From Podarcis melisellensis (Eukaryota): a stretch of 64,000 bases of DNA. Made by a program: the position numbers and the translations under genes. The stretch is taken from the NCBI GenBank assembly GCA_964234715.1, contig OZ174276.1; one strand, 5' to 3'. How positions within the stretch are numbered: position 1 is the stretch's first letter; the number at the start of each line of letters is the position of its first letter. Shown in pieces: positions 37,678-51,519 of this stretch. The notes beneath the pieces were generated by a model. It worked only from the letters and a program-made list of their open reading frames with translations, was not told the DNA's origin and made no database searches.

Positions 37678-39199
37678 TAATGGAAGATGTGCAGGAGCGA
37701 AAGCCAGAAATGTGGAGATTAGAACAAGTTAGATAAGAGCAGACCCCAGCATGGACATGCTGTCCAGGTTATTCAAAAATAGAAAAATTATGGTTCTTTA
37801 AAGGGAAATTAATATCATGTCATCTAAACAAAAATATTGGAGCATTAATAGGAAGACATTGCTCGTGGTGAGTACATATGTAGGGCTAATGTCTTTGTTG
37901 GATATTCAATTAGCAGAATGGGAGCAAATGAGTGGGTAATACATGTCATAGGTATTCTGGCTTGGGCGGGGTATAAATAGTAAATTATTATTATTATTAT
38001 ATCAGTAGGCAAAGCCATATTCATTTTTGTGGGGAAAGCAGCAGAAACTGTTTACCAGGAAAATATCCTTATTTAAGGTAGGCAGCCATACTCCTACTGC
38101 TTCTAGAGGAATACTATGGATTGGGTGTTCTCTTTTGGTTGACAGAACATTTCAAGCCAACATTTGCAATGCATACTACAGTCTGCATAGTTCAGTCTGT
38201 TGGAAATCTGAACAAATAGGAGGCTTCCATGGCAAATGGAGTGACTGAATTCCCATACATAGATATCATCCAGAATAGCAGCTTTCTGAACAAAATCATA
38301 TCTTTGTAGATATCTACAAAGAGATAAATAAAATCAATAGAATAAACATGTGCTTAGAAGAGATTTTAGGGATGATGACTGCCTAGCACTGCCTTCTGCA
38401 TTGCCTAAAGTCTTAGACAACTTCCCTTTGGTTTTAAAGAGTAAATGAAAGAACATGCAAAAATAATCTGTGGCAGTACAGCCCTTCAGCTAATAAGATA
38501 AAGTGACATATGATTTGTGTCAAGCTTCTAGCAGAGAATATAACAGAATCTGAATCTGAAATAGTAAAGAGAGTTTGAAAGACAAGACACTACTGGTGTG
38601 TTCAGCACTGTTGTTTTAGTGATTATCATTGCTAAACGCATCTCTACATATTGTATGTACACATGGACCGAATCCTCTTGGAATTGCAGGATTGAGATTT
38701 ATTTATTTTAATTTATTTCCCTAAAATAACACACTGATTTTGTGCAGTAGCATTCATTTATTGCTATAAATGCAAATCAGTTTGATGTGCTTTGCCAGAA
38801 CTGGGGGGTGGGTGGGGATTTTGATATGGACATGCGAAGTGACCTGGTTCCAGACTTGGAGGGAAATTGAATTTATCTTCTGTTGAAAAATTAAAGGAAG
38901 AAATTAATGTAAGATTGCAATCCTAAAGACACTTGCTGAGAGTAAACCACATTGAACTTATTGGCATTTACTTTCAAGTAAACTTGCTTAGTGTTATACT
39001 GTACATTTGCTAAAGATATCTACATACTTTGAATGTACACATCCACCTTTGTACTATGCTAGGAAAGGAATAGTGGGAGAGCTCTGTTCACACCAGTCAT
39101 TGGAAGATTTTTTTATCTTTTTAATAAGGTTGAAGTTGTTGAGGAGGTGATGACATCATCCCACCAACTCTCCTCTTCCCCTAAAGACAAATGATTTAA

Positions 39200-40250
39200 G
39201 TTAGCTACACCTCAATCTCCCAATCTGAGATTCTGGATGCCAAGTTGCACAGGAATTGGACCTTAGATAATATTTTGAACTGCAGGAGTCAGGGAATCAG
39301 ACCCAAATCAGGACAACAATTACAAAATCAATTAGAAAGCAACTCCACCAGGAGGAACGTTTCGTAACAATGTTCATAATTGTGAGTCAAGTCACTACAC
39401 CTCTCATGATATTTGAGAATTTAATAAACCAAACCACAAATTGGAGAAAAGGCATACTGTCAAATATCTAGAGAAATTTATTAGCTCAAACATTGGGAGC
39501 GCATGACAGACTTAAAAGAATTGGGGAACATTAACTCTGGAAATTGGCAAGGTTAAGTGGAAAAGGATTTGAAGCAAAGCACTGTTGAAACAATTTCTGC
39601 TAGAGTCAGAGAGAACTCTTTAGAGATGGCATTTCGCTGGTACCTTATTCCTCACATATAAAATGAATGACTAACATGGTTTCTCCATCATGTTGGAGGC
39701 AAAGTGAGAACTGAGGAACATTTTTCCTTATGTGGTGATAATGTGAGAGAATTGCAACATCATGAGGAGGAGTTTTCCATGGTACAATTGGTAATCAGTC
39801 ATTGCTTCCAGACCCACACTTGGCATTATTACATATATTTGAGGGGCTGGACAAAAAACTCGTAACATTCTTACTGATAGCCAGTGGCGTAGCGTGGGTT
39901 GTCAGCACCCGGGGCAAGGCAAGTAATTTGCGCCCCCTAACTCGTGGATTTGCGCCCCCTAACCCTAACCCCCAGATGTTGCGGCCGGTGTGGCCGGACC
40001 CCCCTGCACCCCCCACGCTACGCCACTGCTGATAGCAGCTAGACTTGTAATTGCTAAAAAATTGAAGGTCTTGCAATAATTCCTTTCTGGATAATTGGTA
40101 CCAGGAAGTATGGAAAATGGCATTGATGGAAAAACATGTCCATCAGACAACTTTCAAGCTGGTTAGTATTGCTTCATTACTCATGCAAATATGCCAGAGC
40201 ATGGATTCAGTCACCAATTATCCCTGGACAACTTTGGATAAGCAATCTTA
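39200..40250 (+). mobile_element. Decayed L1/Tx1-clade LINE ORF2 C-terminus, split by a hAT MITE
   Basis: Frames give ISARVRENSLEMAFRWYLIP...SPSCWR...GTFFLMW**C (decayed CCHC knuckle)...PHLALLHIF..KLVTFLLIA|ARLVIAK...NWYQEVWKMALMEK. Confidence 0.8.
39882..40028. mobile_element. Young hAT MITE, same family as 4609-4747
   Basis: 17-bp TIRs CAGTGGCGTAGCGTGGG. Perfect 8-bp TSD CTGATAGC. Confidence 0.93.
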
Positions 40251-40477
40251 AGACCTGTGAATCCATAAGTATAATATCAAACATGGACTCATTCTGGACC
40301 TGATTATTAAATTGATATATTGGTAACATGACTTCCACTTAATTAATATTATTCCTATTAATACTAAATACATGATTTTCTTTTTCTAAAAAAGAGAGGT
40401 AGAAGTTTTTGTATAACCTACCTCCTATCCCATATGCTACAAAGATGTGGCAATTGATCATTGTAAATTCTATATAC

Positions 40478-40613
40478 CAGGCATAGGCAACCTCGGCCTG
40501 CCAAATATTTTGGGACTACAATTCCCACCATCCCTAACCATTAGTCCTTTTAGCTAGGGATCATGGAAGTTGTAGTTCTAAAACATCTGGCAGGCCAAGG
40601 TTGCCTATGGCTG
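40478..40613. mobile_element. 136-bp foldback hAT MITE
   Basis: caggcataggcaacct...aggttgcctatggctg with inverted arms along most of its length. TSD ctatatac/ccatatac. Confidence 0.88.
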
Positions 40614-41419
40614 CCATATACCTTACACGCTCCATGCAGTTTTCTTAAAGCATGCAGAATCCCAGCAGTCTGAACACACCCAAAGACATTTTTCATCTTT
40701 ATGGCAGTTCACAATATTGTAATTACTCTTTCTTGTTTAATTGTTTGCACCTATATGATAGGCACTGGCATCTATTAAACTGCCTTACGGAGCAGTGCCA
40801 AGAGAAATGACCTTTGGGGTGATGTGCAAATTTCAAATGGGGAGACAGCTTGTATGTGGGGGCGTGGGGCAATGCAAAAGTTCACTTCAGACATGGCAGA
40901 TTGCACTTTCTCTTCCCCTCCCCACCTACTTTGACATCCAAAATAACCCTCAGTTGTGATGTTTTGAATGACTGACATTCGTCTGTATAGTTACTGTGGT
41001 ATATAGCTCATAACACCATTGGTTTGTTTTTACACTGTTCGTCCTTAATATAATAATATGCAATTCCAGAAGCCTAATGTTTGCATGATCACTCCCCATA
41101 TTTTCAAATAGAGAGTCTTAGCATTCAGGTGACAAAATGAAATAAGTGACAGGGCTGGAGAAGGTTCCTATAGATGGGAAGGAGTCCTAAAGCTTACAGG
41201 AAAATACGATCTCAAAAAAACTGCCACCTCTCTCCTGAAAATCAGAGGGGACTGAGAGCCATGTATGTACGGTGTCCTCCTGATGCCAGAGAGCAGATGC
41301 AAGCTTTAGCTACCAAAATTGGGAGTTGGACCCAATACACAAACTATGATTTATTTTATTGTATTGCATACTTATACCTTCTGTCTCTGTTTCTTCATAG
41401 CATCCTTGCTTCTGAAACA

Positions 41420-41593
41420 TTAAGTAGAGGCCTCTGAGTACTAACTGCTGGGAAGTGAGTGCAGAAGAGTGCTATTGCCTTTATGTCTTGCTTGCCGGCT
41501 TCTGATGAACATCTGCTTGGCTATTGTGGGAAACAGTGTGGATTCCTGGATGAATCTATGGTTTAACCCAGCAAGGTTTCTGTTATGTTCTTA
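41420..41593 (+). mobile_element. CR1 3'UTR fragment
   Basis: cctctgagtactaactgctggg...ggctattgtgggaaacag...cccagcaaggtttctgttatgttctta. Confidence 0.65.
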
Positions 41594-41649
41594 AGTACTT
41601 TGGTTTTTATTTTTCTCTGAATAAATTCCTATTGATTCTAGAGTTCCCA

Positions 41650-41870
41650 TTCTCCCTGGTGGTGACTGGCTACTTGAGTGTGAATTTCCACACAGTCATG
41701 AAGCTTGCCAGGACACCTTAGATTAGTTATTATCCGATCCACTAGTGAGTTAGGTGAGCCACCTAACCTGCCTCACAGGGTTGTTGTGAAGATAAAATGT
41801 GGAGGGGGACCAAGTACGACATTTGAGCTCTTTGAAAGATAGGTAAGCTATAAATGTAATACATAATAAT
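41650..41870 (+). mobile_element. Squam2/MIR-like SINE
   Basis: cctaacctgcctcacagggttgttgtgaagataaaatg...ttgagctctttgaaag...tataaatgtaat. Confidence 0.65.
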
Positions 41871-43169
41871 TCTACATCTACACATTACTCAGAATTGTGC
41901 AAAGTTCTTGCTGTGGCATTATATTCTCATTACAAGCTCACATTTCCAGTGTGTTCATCCCTTTATTAGCAAAGTCCTTCTCTGTCGGATTGCTAATATT
42001 CCTTCTGTGCTTTGTTTGAGAAAGAGCATGGGATCCAGAACGTGAAAGCTCTGTGTTCTTTAGTTAACAATCTTTCTGTAACCCTTTAATCTTTAGAAGC
42101 AGTAGTGGATGGCATTGTAGTTCTCATTATCTGGACCTTTATCATTAGCGGAGATTATACAGATCTAATGGGAGACTATCACTAAGAATTGCTCCTTCCT
42201 GATCCACTTAGCATATATTGTTTAATCAGCCTGTCTGCCAGTTCTGGTTGATTCCATTCAAACAGATTTTTGAGTTTGCGCCCCTGTGCAGGTGTCATCT
42301 AGGCTTACAAAGGTCCTGATTTCCCATCAAAAACCAATGATTCATACCAGAGTTCAAAAGAATTAGTCATATCAAAAATGTAGAGAATGGACCTGCTTTA
42401 TATCACCTACTGGAAAAATGCACTGTAACAGTCAGGTTTGAAGTTATAATGAAAGGAAAAGTGGGATTGGCGGGGGGACGGGGGACTGAAGCACAGTCTG
42501 TCCTACTTCCAGTTTTTGCATTTGGCTGTTATGAATAATGCTTGTAAATTATATAAAGCACTCTGATAGCTCAGCAGTTGAGAGAGAAGCATGTTACATC
42601 CCCAGGCATCAAAAGAACAGACAGAAGAAAGGGGTGGGGAGAGAGGCATTAAAATTTGAGTTCTTTTAATTTTTGCACATGTGCTTTTGAAAAATCAGTG
42701 TGTAACTCAAAGCTGCTGTCATAAGCAAGCAGCTGTACAGGGATTTATCCGACCCCTTCCTAATGCTTTCAATTCTTGAGCATGTCTACACTAGGTGCAT
42801 GAGGTGGGTGTATTTGTGTCTGTGTGACAGACAGACATTAACCGTTTTACAATTGTTTCTGAAGATGGAAGCAGCTATATGGGGAATCCCTTTTAAGAAT
42901 GTTTGCCTTTTTCCCTTTGTCAAAAGCATCTTCTACTGCCTTGGAGATGGGCACATTGGTCCCGGAAATGTAATTATTTAGTAATTCTTGGCCAAAGAGG
43001 ATTAGCAGGTTAAGGCAATTCCAGCAAGGTAGTCCCACTTTCTGGGACATGTATGTATGTATTAGTTCTTTTGAGAACAAGGAGACTCAAGAAGGAAGAG
43101 GACTAGATACTTGCGGGCCCAGGCACAGGAAGCAAGCAGCCCAGTGCAGGGCCATCTCAGGTAGAAATA

Positions 43170-43500
43170 AGACTCAGGACATCAGTCTTAGGTTGAAATA
43201 GGCTACAACCTTTGTTGTTCACATATGTAAATAGGCTTTGGCGATGGCATTGGGTAAGCATCAGGTATCAAGCAGCCCACCTGTTGGTTGATAAGAGGTT
43301 GGGTCAACCCTGTATAGAGGGTTGCCTTATGGCATACATCAAATCAAGATGAGCCCAACAGGGCCACCACTTGGAAGGGTGCTATGGCCTATTGGGTGTG
43401 GACTTCTGGACAGACCCCCCTTCCCAGACCCTTTTAACGATGTACTCAATAAACTACAGATACAACCCAGTGCCTTATCCGCCATACAATTTCTTCCCAT
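43170..43500 (-). mobile_element. LTR-like repeat, copy B
   Basis: ggctacaacctttgttg, ggctttggc and acatcaaatc blocks are collinear with copy A at 23610-23950. Confidence 0.5.
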
Positions 43501-44071
43501 TCCCTTATAAAAGTGGGAATGTGGGGGGCGGGTGGTTTCTACCCTTTCCCTGAAGAGGAGAACTCATGAGGTCAAGCACTCTAACCAGACCTTGACCCAG
43601 ATATCCAGAGTTTCCATCCAGGGCCCTGTCTAAAATGTTTGGAGATGTTTACAGAAACGTACTCGCTATAGTGGGTGTACAGATCATGCAAGATTTACAG
43701 GAACCAACCTGAAATGCTGTTAGAACTGAGCAAGCAGCATTCTGAACAGTGAATTGTTAGTCTGGGCACTCCTCAAATATAGAACCAAATGAAAGATAGT
43801 AGATACATGCTGGTGTGTGTGACAGTTGTTTCAAGTTGTGTTGATTGTCATTAAGAATCTAGCAGGAGTATTATAAAACCAAGAACTTAACTTAAACGAC
43901 CTTTCTTTCAGCTTTTAACTCTCTCTGACCATCCTGCTCTCTCACTATACCTTTATGCTGAGTCACTTCCGATCCCTTAACTTGTTCCTTCCCTCTATGA
44001 CTGCTGTCCTAACACACATACTTAGTTCCACATATATTGATACAATGGTGGAGGAGGAAACTTTAGAACTG

Positions 44072-44422
44072 CAGACCCTCCAGGTATTCCTATTTTCCAG
44101 GGACACCCCTGATATAGAGAAGCCATCCCGGTTTCTGATTTGATCCCAGAAAGACCCACTTTTCTTTAGGATGTCCCTATTTTTATTGGAAAAATGTTGG
44201 AGGGTATGGAGTTAGCTGACCCCCAAGTCGTCTGAAGGCAATACTGTATAAGGAAGGGTTTTTTTTAAAAAAAAGTTTAATGCTTTATTATATTTTTATA
44301 TATGTTGGAAGCTGCCTAGAGTGGCTGGGGCAACCCAGTAAGATGTGTGGGTGATAAATAGTAAAATTGACATAATGGAATGTGAAGTCCCAATTTTCAT
44401 CAGAGAAATGTTGGAGGGCATG
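44072..44422. mobile_element. Composite hAT MITE containing an L2 3' tail
   Basis: Left end cagaccctcca. Two right ends aaatgttggaggg(t/c)atg at 44208 and 44422, enclosing L2 3'UTR sequence (ggaagctgcctagagtggctggggcaacccag). Confidence 0.7.
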
Positions 44423-44736
44423 GAACTGGTATGCTGAGATACAGAAAGAAGTCTGCTTTTCTTTCTGACATGCTGCCCCAAGAACTACTTCCCAGAAATC
44501 CTTTGTTCCTTCTAGCATTTCTTACATCAGATTGAGCCAGCAGGGTGTGGCAGCATGAAGGATGGAAAAGTATCATGATAATGAGGGTTTTGAAATCTCA
44601 GTGATGTTGTGAGACTGAGTTAAGTAAGCCACTGGTCTCAAAAATGCTTAGAAAAACTGTCATTAGATCCCAAGGATGTGGAATAGCACCTAAAGAACAT
44701 TGTATTCTACACACACACACAACACTCACATAGACA

Positions 44737-44738
<2 letters not shown>

Positions 44739-44780
<42 letters not shown>
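44739..44780. repeat. (CA)n microsatellite
   Basis: About 21 units. Confidence 0.95.
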
Positions 44781-44781
<1 letters not shown>

Positions 44782-46777
44782 TGTACTAGCATCCCTGACT
44801 ACAACTTAGCCAAATTAACTAGCCAGACATGTAAGAAGCTTAAACAAGGGGACCTAATGAAACCAACATAAGAGACCAATTGGCTGATTTTTCAAAAAAA
44901 GGTCTTTTCAAGGGGTGGCAGAAGGTGGGGGCTATTTTAATAAGCTTGTTCTAAGTCTAAAGAAATGGTGCTTGGGCATTCAAGAGGAGTAAAAAAGACA
45001 AAAAACAACAACCAAAACACCACCCCACCTTCCCTTTCATCACTGTGCTTTACAACTTTAAGCAGGCTTCCTCCCAGCCTGGTTCTAATATGCAGGTGAA
45101 TGGCGTTTTATGTGCTAATACCCACATATATACATTATTTTATTTGTATGCCGCCTTTCCACAGTTCAAACCATGCTCAAGGGAGGTTACAATATGAAAA
45201 TATATGTAACTGTAACATAATAAAAATAGTCAGAAATAACAAATAACACAAAAATACACAACCAAACTGAACAATTTCCATCTAAATCACAACAAGCTCT
45301 AAAATAAAAATACAAAAAACCGAAAGCAGGCCAGATGGGAAAAGGCCTGCAAGGCAGGGAGCAAGTTTTCCAGGACTCACAGCCAAGATGATGTGAACGT
45401 GAGTAAATACATGTGGGGCTGCCCCTTACAGGTTGCCTGTAGACAAACCTCCTTGGTCACTCTCTCCTGTCATATTGATATTACTGTGAATTTTCAACTT
45501 TGTCTCCTTGATAATTAAGATCATGAGATTGTTTTTAAAATTGCTTTTCTGGAGGCAAAATGAGAGGCAAAATAACATCCCTTGACCGTTTTGTTCATTT
45601 TCATCTTCATCCTGCGCTTAGCCACATAACCATGCAAACAGATCCAGGACCAGAGCAAGTTCAAGGGTTGTTAACGCTAGGATAAATGATTATGGAAATA
45701 AACCGTTAAGAGTCAAATGGCTGCAAAATCTTTTACTAACCCCATTCCTGTGCCCTACCCCACTTAAAAGCCTATATAGTAAAAGAAGGCTGAAGTATTT
45801 GCAAGATTACATATGAGCCACAGAGGCTGGATTAGAAGGAACAAACTTTACTTAGCAACATGCTGCTACTAAACTATATACGAAATGGAACTAGTCAGAT
45901 CTTCCCCTCCCTGCTGGTGTCATCCAGAATTGATTCCCTCCATACAGTCATTTGTAAATCACTTTAGTTCCTGCTCTCATTACAAAGACAGTCAGTGGAG
46001 ATAACCTGGTACGGATGGGGATATTGCATTATAGCCCTTCACGTTCTAAACTTTTCACAAAGAAGGAATTTCAAGAGAAAGGTGACCAGTAACGTCTTTG
46101 CCATGAGGAACAGCCCTAAATTCCAGATCTCATAACTGCTCTCCAGTCTTAGTTTCCTACAGTTTTTGTTTATAATCTGATTTTTAAAATAATCTTACAA
46201 TTTAGATTGATCCTTCTTAAATCCAGGGTGAATGTGATAAGGTATAGACTGAATATCATAAGGCCTCAACTAACTTCATTTTGAAACCAAACTTATAGGA
46301 ACAGGAGAAACAAGAAAGCTGACTTACTGTTCTCTGTCAGCTGCAAACACCACTCACAATCTCCAAACTTTGAAACAGGAAGTTTCTAACAATTGTTCAA
46401 TGCCCAGTGTTACTCTGTTTCCCAGGGCTTTTGAGAGTTCTGGTGGGGCATAATACAAATTTCCTAGGAATGAGTTGTAGCAGCAGGGTCAAAGAGGCTT
46501 GTCATTTACATCTGTTGCACAAGATCATGCATTGTTCAGGGATGTAAATCTGACTAATTTTTAGTAGCTTCTGTTTGCTTCATACTGGCTGAAGATAGAC
46601 TATGTTGCTGCGGAGAGCAGGACAATATTCAGAGCTTCATACCTATCCATCGTCCACTTTCTGACAAAGGCTGTTACAGGAGAGAAATGTGAATACTTTG
46701 CTTATAATGTCCTTACAATGTCCCAATAACCTCTGAAACTTTGTCCATGTTATCAGAACCTTACCAGTGTTTCCCTA

Positions 46778-47140
46778 AAGGTAAAGGTAAAGGTACCCCT
46801 GCCCGTACGGGCCAGTCTTGCCAGACTCTGGGGTTGTGCGCCCATCTCACTTAAGAGGCCAGGGGCCAGCGCTGTCCGGAGACACTTCCGGGTCACATGG
46901 CCAGTGTGACATCGCTGCTCTGGCGAGCCAGAGCTGCACACGGAAACGCCGTTTACCTTCCCGCTGGTAAGCGGTCCCTATTTATCTACTTGCACCCGGA
47001 GGTGCTTTCGAACTGCTAGGTTGGCAGGCGCTGGGACCGAGCAGCGGGAGCGCACCCCGCAGCAGGGATTCGAACCGCAGACCTTTCGATTGGCAAGTCC
47101 TAGGCGCTGAGGCTTTAACCCACAGCGCCACCTGTGTCCC
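46778..47140 (-). mobile_element. Sauria SINE, full length
   Basis: Near-identical to 10555-10915. (ACCTTT)n tail. Perfect TSD agtgtttcccta (46766-46777, 47141-47152). Confidence 0.94.
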
Positions 47141-50100
47141 AGTGTTTCCCTAGTGTACAGTAATTTACTCACACTGTGCTGGCTTTATTTTATTGTTTTG
47201 AAGCCAGCATTTGAATTTATCAGGTTCATTTAGAATTTTAGTTTCTGTTCATAGTCCAAATGTTGTAGTTCCCCACAGTTTTGTAGAAACTAAAGTTCAA
47301 TCCTGTTTATCGATTTTGAGTGGAATCAGACAAACAGAATGGCTGCTAACAAGCTGATTTCTGATAGTACTATGTTACTGGGAATTGCAACTGCAGGTAG
47401 CTTTGTGCCTTACTGCATTTTGAATTCTGAAATAAGCTCAGTCAAAATCCTTGCATCTTTTCAGAGCTTTCTTTATGAAAGATGTATTTTTTCATTACCA
47501 AACGTGTCCCTGTTGTGCAGAATTTTGAAGAATCTCTTCTTCCTGCGATTATGCAGACTGGCAATTTTACCCAGTTACTGTTTCAAGGGTCAAATGCAGA
47601 ATGCTGCTAAGTCTATAAATGAATGGGTAACATAGATTGTAGCTCTGAGGGGATTATGGTGTTAAGGGATACTTATATTTGAAGCCAGACTAGAAATAGT
47701 ATTTGATTTTTCCAGCATATCCTACAGTGAATATTAAATCAACAAAGATTCTTTGAAAGTCATCCTGAATCTGTGAGACTGATTTACATGAGCTTTCTAA
47801 CTAGGTTAATAGGTATTTAGTGGTGTGAATTTAATATAGGTTAGTTAGTCATTATTTAAGACTCTGTATTGACTCAGTTCTTAGAAACCATTCTTAACAT
47901 GTGTCTGCTAGTAAGTTAGTATGTGTTACCAGCTCATATCAATAGAGAGTAGGTGAAATTTAAAATTTCACATACTTGAGGCTAGGCTTCTGCACCCTAA
48001 AAGCAAGGATTAATAGTGTCACTCCTGTGGCATCTACTTTATTTGTGGTGCCATGACTGAGTTCACAATCTTTTCACAAACAAAAACACTCTTGATCTCC
48101 ACCCCCCAATCTTTTTTTGTTTCAGTATCCTAATTTAAGACCCCACCCCAAGGCGCTTTCTTTTTTCCTATCTTTAAATGATTAGGAGTCAGAAAACGCT
48201 GAGCGATCCACTACAGATCACCCGTTTACATTCTTTACAGTCTAGCCTTAACAACTGTGTGATAAACCAAGTGACCTTTCCCCAATAGCTATGCACAGAA
48301 CCAGTTAGAGTTTGTTCTGTCATGCAGTTGTTAAAGGCAGTACCAGAAATTAAACTTGAGCAGGCTAACAAGACAGTGACACAGAAAGAGATCCTGTGAC
48401 GTAATTGATGTAAACTCAGGCAGAGGTCCATTTGGGATTGACACAGCCCCCCCCCCCCCGCACTGCTTAGGCTTTGCTAAAGAAGGGATAGCCGGATTCT
48501 TCTGGAAGATTTCATTTCTGCGTTGTTCCTCCCCTATCCTATAAGACAGGGGGCACATATAGAATAATAATTAGGAACCCAAAGTGACAAGTATGTGCAA
48601 TCATATCCCAGCTGTTTTTTAGAAACTTGGCAGAGGTAATATATATATATATCAATTAATAATTTTTTAAAACCCAGGGGGTTACTTTCACCTATCTCTT
48701 GTATGTGCTACAAAAGAGCAGAGAATCTGGGAAATAAGTGCAATTAATTTATAAAGGCTTTTGTTGGTTTTTGGAGCCTTTGGCTGATGGAGAAAAGTTA
48801 ATGTTCCATTTGGTATGTCTTTCACTGAAATATCAGTTTAGTCCCAGAAATATACGTGCCATAATGTTTTTAGTGTTCAGAAATAACCATTTTGCTTTTC
48901 ACTTCCTTACCTTATTTGTTCCTGAAGTGATAACACTTTATTTTTTAAATAACACATCCGCGTTTTATTTTTAATTTACTTAGGTCGCAAGCTGAAAGTA
49001 CAGAGAAATTAGCAGCACTTGAAAAGAGCTGGATTTCTGAATTCAGTTGTCTGTGTTATATGCAGCTGGAGGCTTGGCTTCTATTTCAAAAGCTGTTTGT
49101 ACTCCAGGCACAAACAGGTGGCAGGGGGTTATAAATAATTGGTAGCATAAGCCCAAGTCAATATCACAAAGTCTTTAATGACACATGTTCCTTGAATCTG
49201 GCCTTTGTCTGCATGATCCTTCAAATCCTGTTATGAATCTTCTGTAATTAACAGCTTTCAGTAACATGAGAATATTTTGGGCTTTCATGTCTGAGGTGAG
49301 GAAGATTGATGCTCACCGTATTTTACCTGATTTATTTAATTTATTTGCTTACTTACAGGGTTGATGAACTGCCATATAACAGACTCATTATGGAGGCTCA
49401 CAATAACAATATTTAGAAATGTAAGAAACCACAAGAAGTCACACTGCAATGAGACATGGATATAGACATGGATTTAAAAATAGATGTTTCAAGACCAAAT
49501 GTCTCAGACTGTTCTTTGTCCCTGCTTTTCAAAGGGCCAAACTTGTTCAGACAAGATATCATACATGCATTTAGCAACGGTGTGAATGGCTTTTCTAAAG
49601 TAACCAGCAACTGCAGAGATGGCATAATCTGGAACAAGACCCTGTTGTGGGTGGGTTTAGAGGATTGGACCCCGTGGTGTTCCTGACCCTTTGTCTGCTA
49701 TTTTCATTGGGAAAGAGCTTCCATGAGTGTAAATCAGAGCTTTCTTTTCAGTGCAAATAGCAGGTATAGTTCCACACTGGAGAGCAAAGGCTTAAAGTCC
49801 CTTGCCAGGGTCCTGATAAGATTGCCCCCCACCACATTCCTGTAATTTACTTAAAAAATAAATATGCAGTTGCTGGTGACATCCAGTTTATATGTCATTC
49901 AATAGATTATCTAGAACAACATGACATGAGTGTAAGTAATTACATTAAAATTGCCGATTTGCATTTTTGGACTTATCCCCATTCTGGAATCGCTCACTGT
50001 AAGTGAGAAACAAAAGTTCAGCTATGCATTTGTAACTGACCATCTAAATAGGCCTTCTGGATTTGAAACTGCCAATGCCAGTGGAGCACTACCTGAAAAA

Positions 50101-51432
50101 GTGAGGGCGGATGCTAAAACCTCACGCTGTATTTTCCTTGAGCTTTTTGACGAGACCAATTTAATTCCCCTCTTCCCTTGGCAGGTGGCAAAGTCTTTGA
50201 GTTCCCTTGGGAGCCATCTCCAGGACTGATTGTATGTCAATTCTATTTGTAGCATGATGTTTCCTTACAAGCACATCTTAGCACATCTTCCTGCTCTCCC
50301 CTATACTTTACATCTCCGAACTACTGCGTAGTTTTGTTTTTAGAGAGGCACTATACCAAAACAGTTTCAGAAGCGGCACCTAAAGCAATAGTGCTCACAG
50401 GATCATTGTCAAAATATTTAGAAAAAATATTTCTAAACTGCCCACTCATATAAAATATTAATGTGGCTATGACAATATATGCAGATACAAGGAAACACGA
50501 GATACCTTTAGAATGGTACAAAGTAATAAATGACTCACACATCTTGAGAAAATTTAAACAACTTAATTTTGGATTGAGGACTTCAGCAGGACTCCACTCT
50601 GATTAAATATATTATGGTCTAATGTAAATAGTTAGATCTTTTTAGATGTAATTAAGAACCCGTTATTGTACACAAAAGTACACGTTTTTGAAAATGTGCT
50701 TACACCCCCTGCTGAAAGCTTCCCTTCTAATCAGTCAGTCCACAATTCTCTCTCCCTTGCATCTGTCAATGTTTGCATTTGCAGTCCCCTCTGCATGCTA
50801 CTCTCATGAAGTCAAGTTACTACCCTTTATCCTTACTCCCAGATCACTATCACTCTTGCACGTGCACACAAATCTCCTGCTCTATCAAATTAGGTAAATA
50901 GCTGGCATTTCATCAGCTGAAAGCAGCTCAACATGCAGTGCAGGTATAAAGCAGCCATAGAAGTCCCACTGAGCAAGCTGAAAGCAAAGCCGGCCTAGGC
51001 TACATATCCTTCCTTCACCCCATGGTTTGCTACTAAATGCCAGTGTTCATTCATAGGTTTTGATAAATACGCTACTACATATAGCCAGTGGTGAGGGAAT
51101 ATTGCCAATGGCACTTTCTTCATTTATTCCATACATCAGGAGGTTGGTTATTCAAGGGAGCTGTAACTCTTCCTGTATCACACCAATACTACTGCTGGGC
51201 TGGCAATAAAATGCATCCATCTTTGGTATGAATTATTGTGGAACTTAATCCAGTTATATTCCCCCCCTCTGCTAAGCTAAAGGTATTTGCTTGTGAAGGA
51301 AGGCAGTGTTGGCAGGAGTTGAACATTATTTCAAGTTGGACTCAAATGGGTCTGGACTCAACTCAAAACGGGATGAGGCTCTTTGAATGGAGGGGGAGAG
51401 CTTGCATCCAGAGCCTCCCAGTCTTGAGTATA

Positions 51433-51516
51433 CAATGGTACCTCTGGGTACGTAATTAATTCGTTCCAGAGGTCCGTTCTTAACCTGAAACTGTTCTTAT
51501 CCTGAAGACCACTTTA
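51433..51516 (-). mobile_element. One-ended fragment of the 9206-9439 MITE family
   Basis: ta|caatggtacctc...ttcgttccagaggtccgttcttaacctgaaactgttctt is the reverse complement of the right end of the 9206 element. Confidence 0.75.
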
Positions 51517-51519
51517 TGA

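Noticed and set aside
39901-39921. REST/RE1-like motif TCAGCACCCGGGGCAAG in the hAT MITE
   Set aside because: The right half-site has two mismatches at key positions (GGACAG expected).
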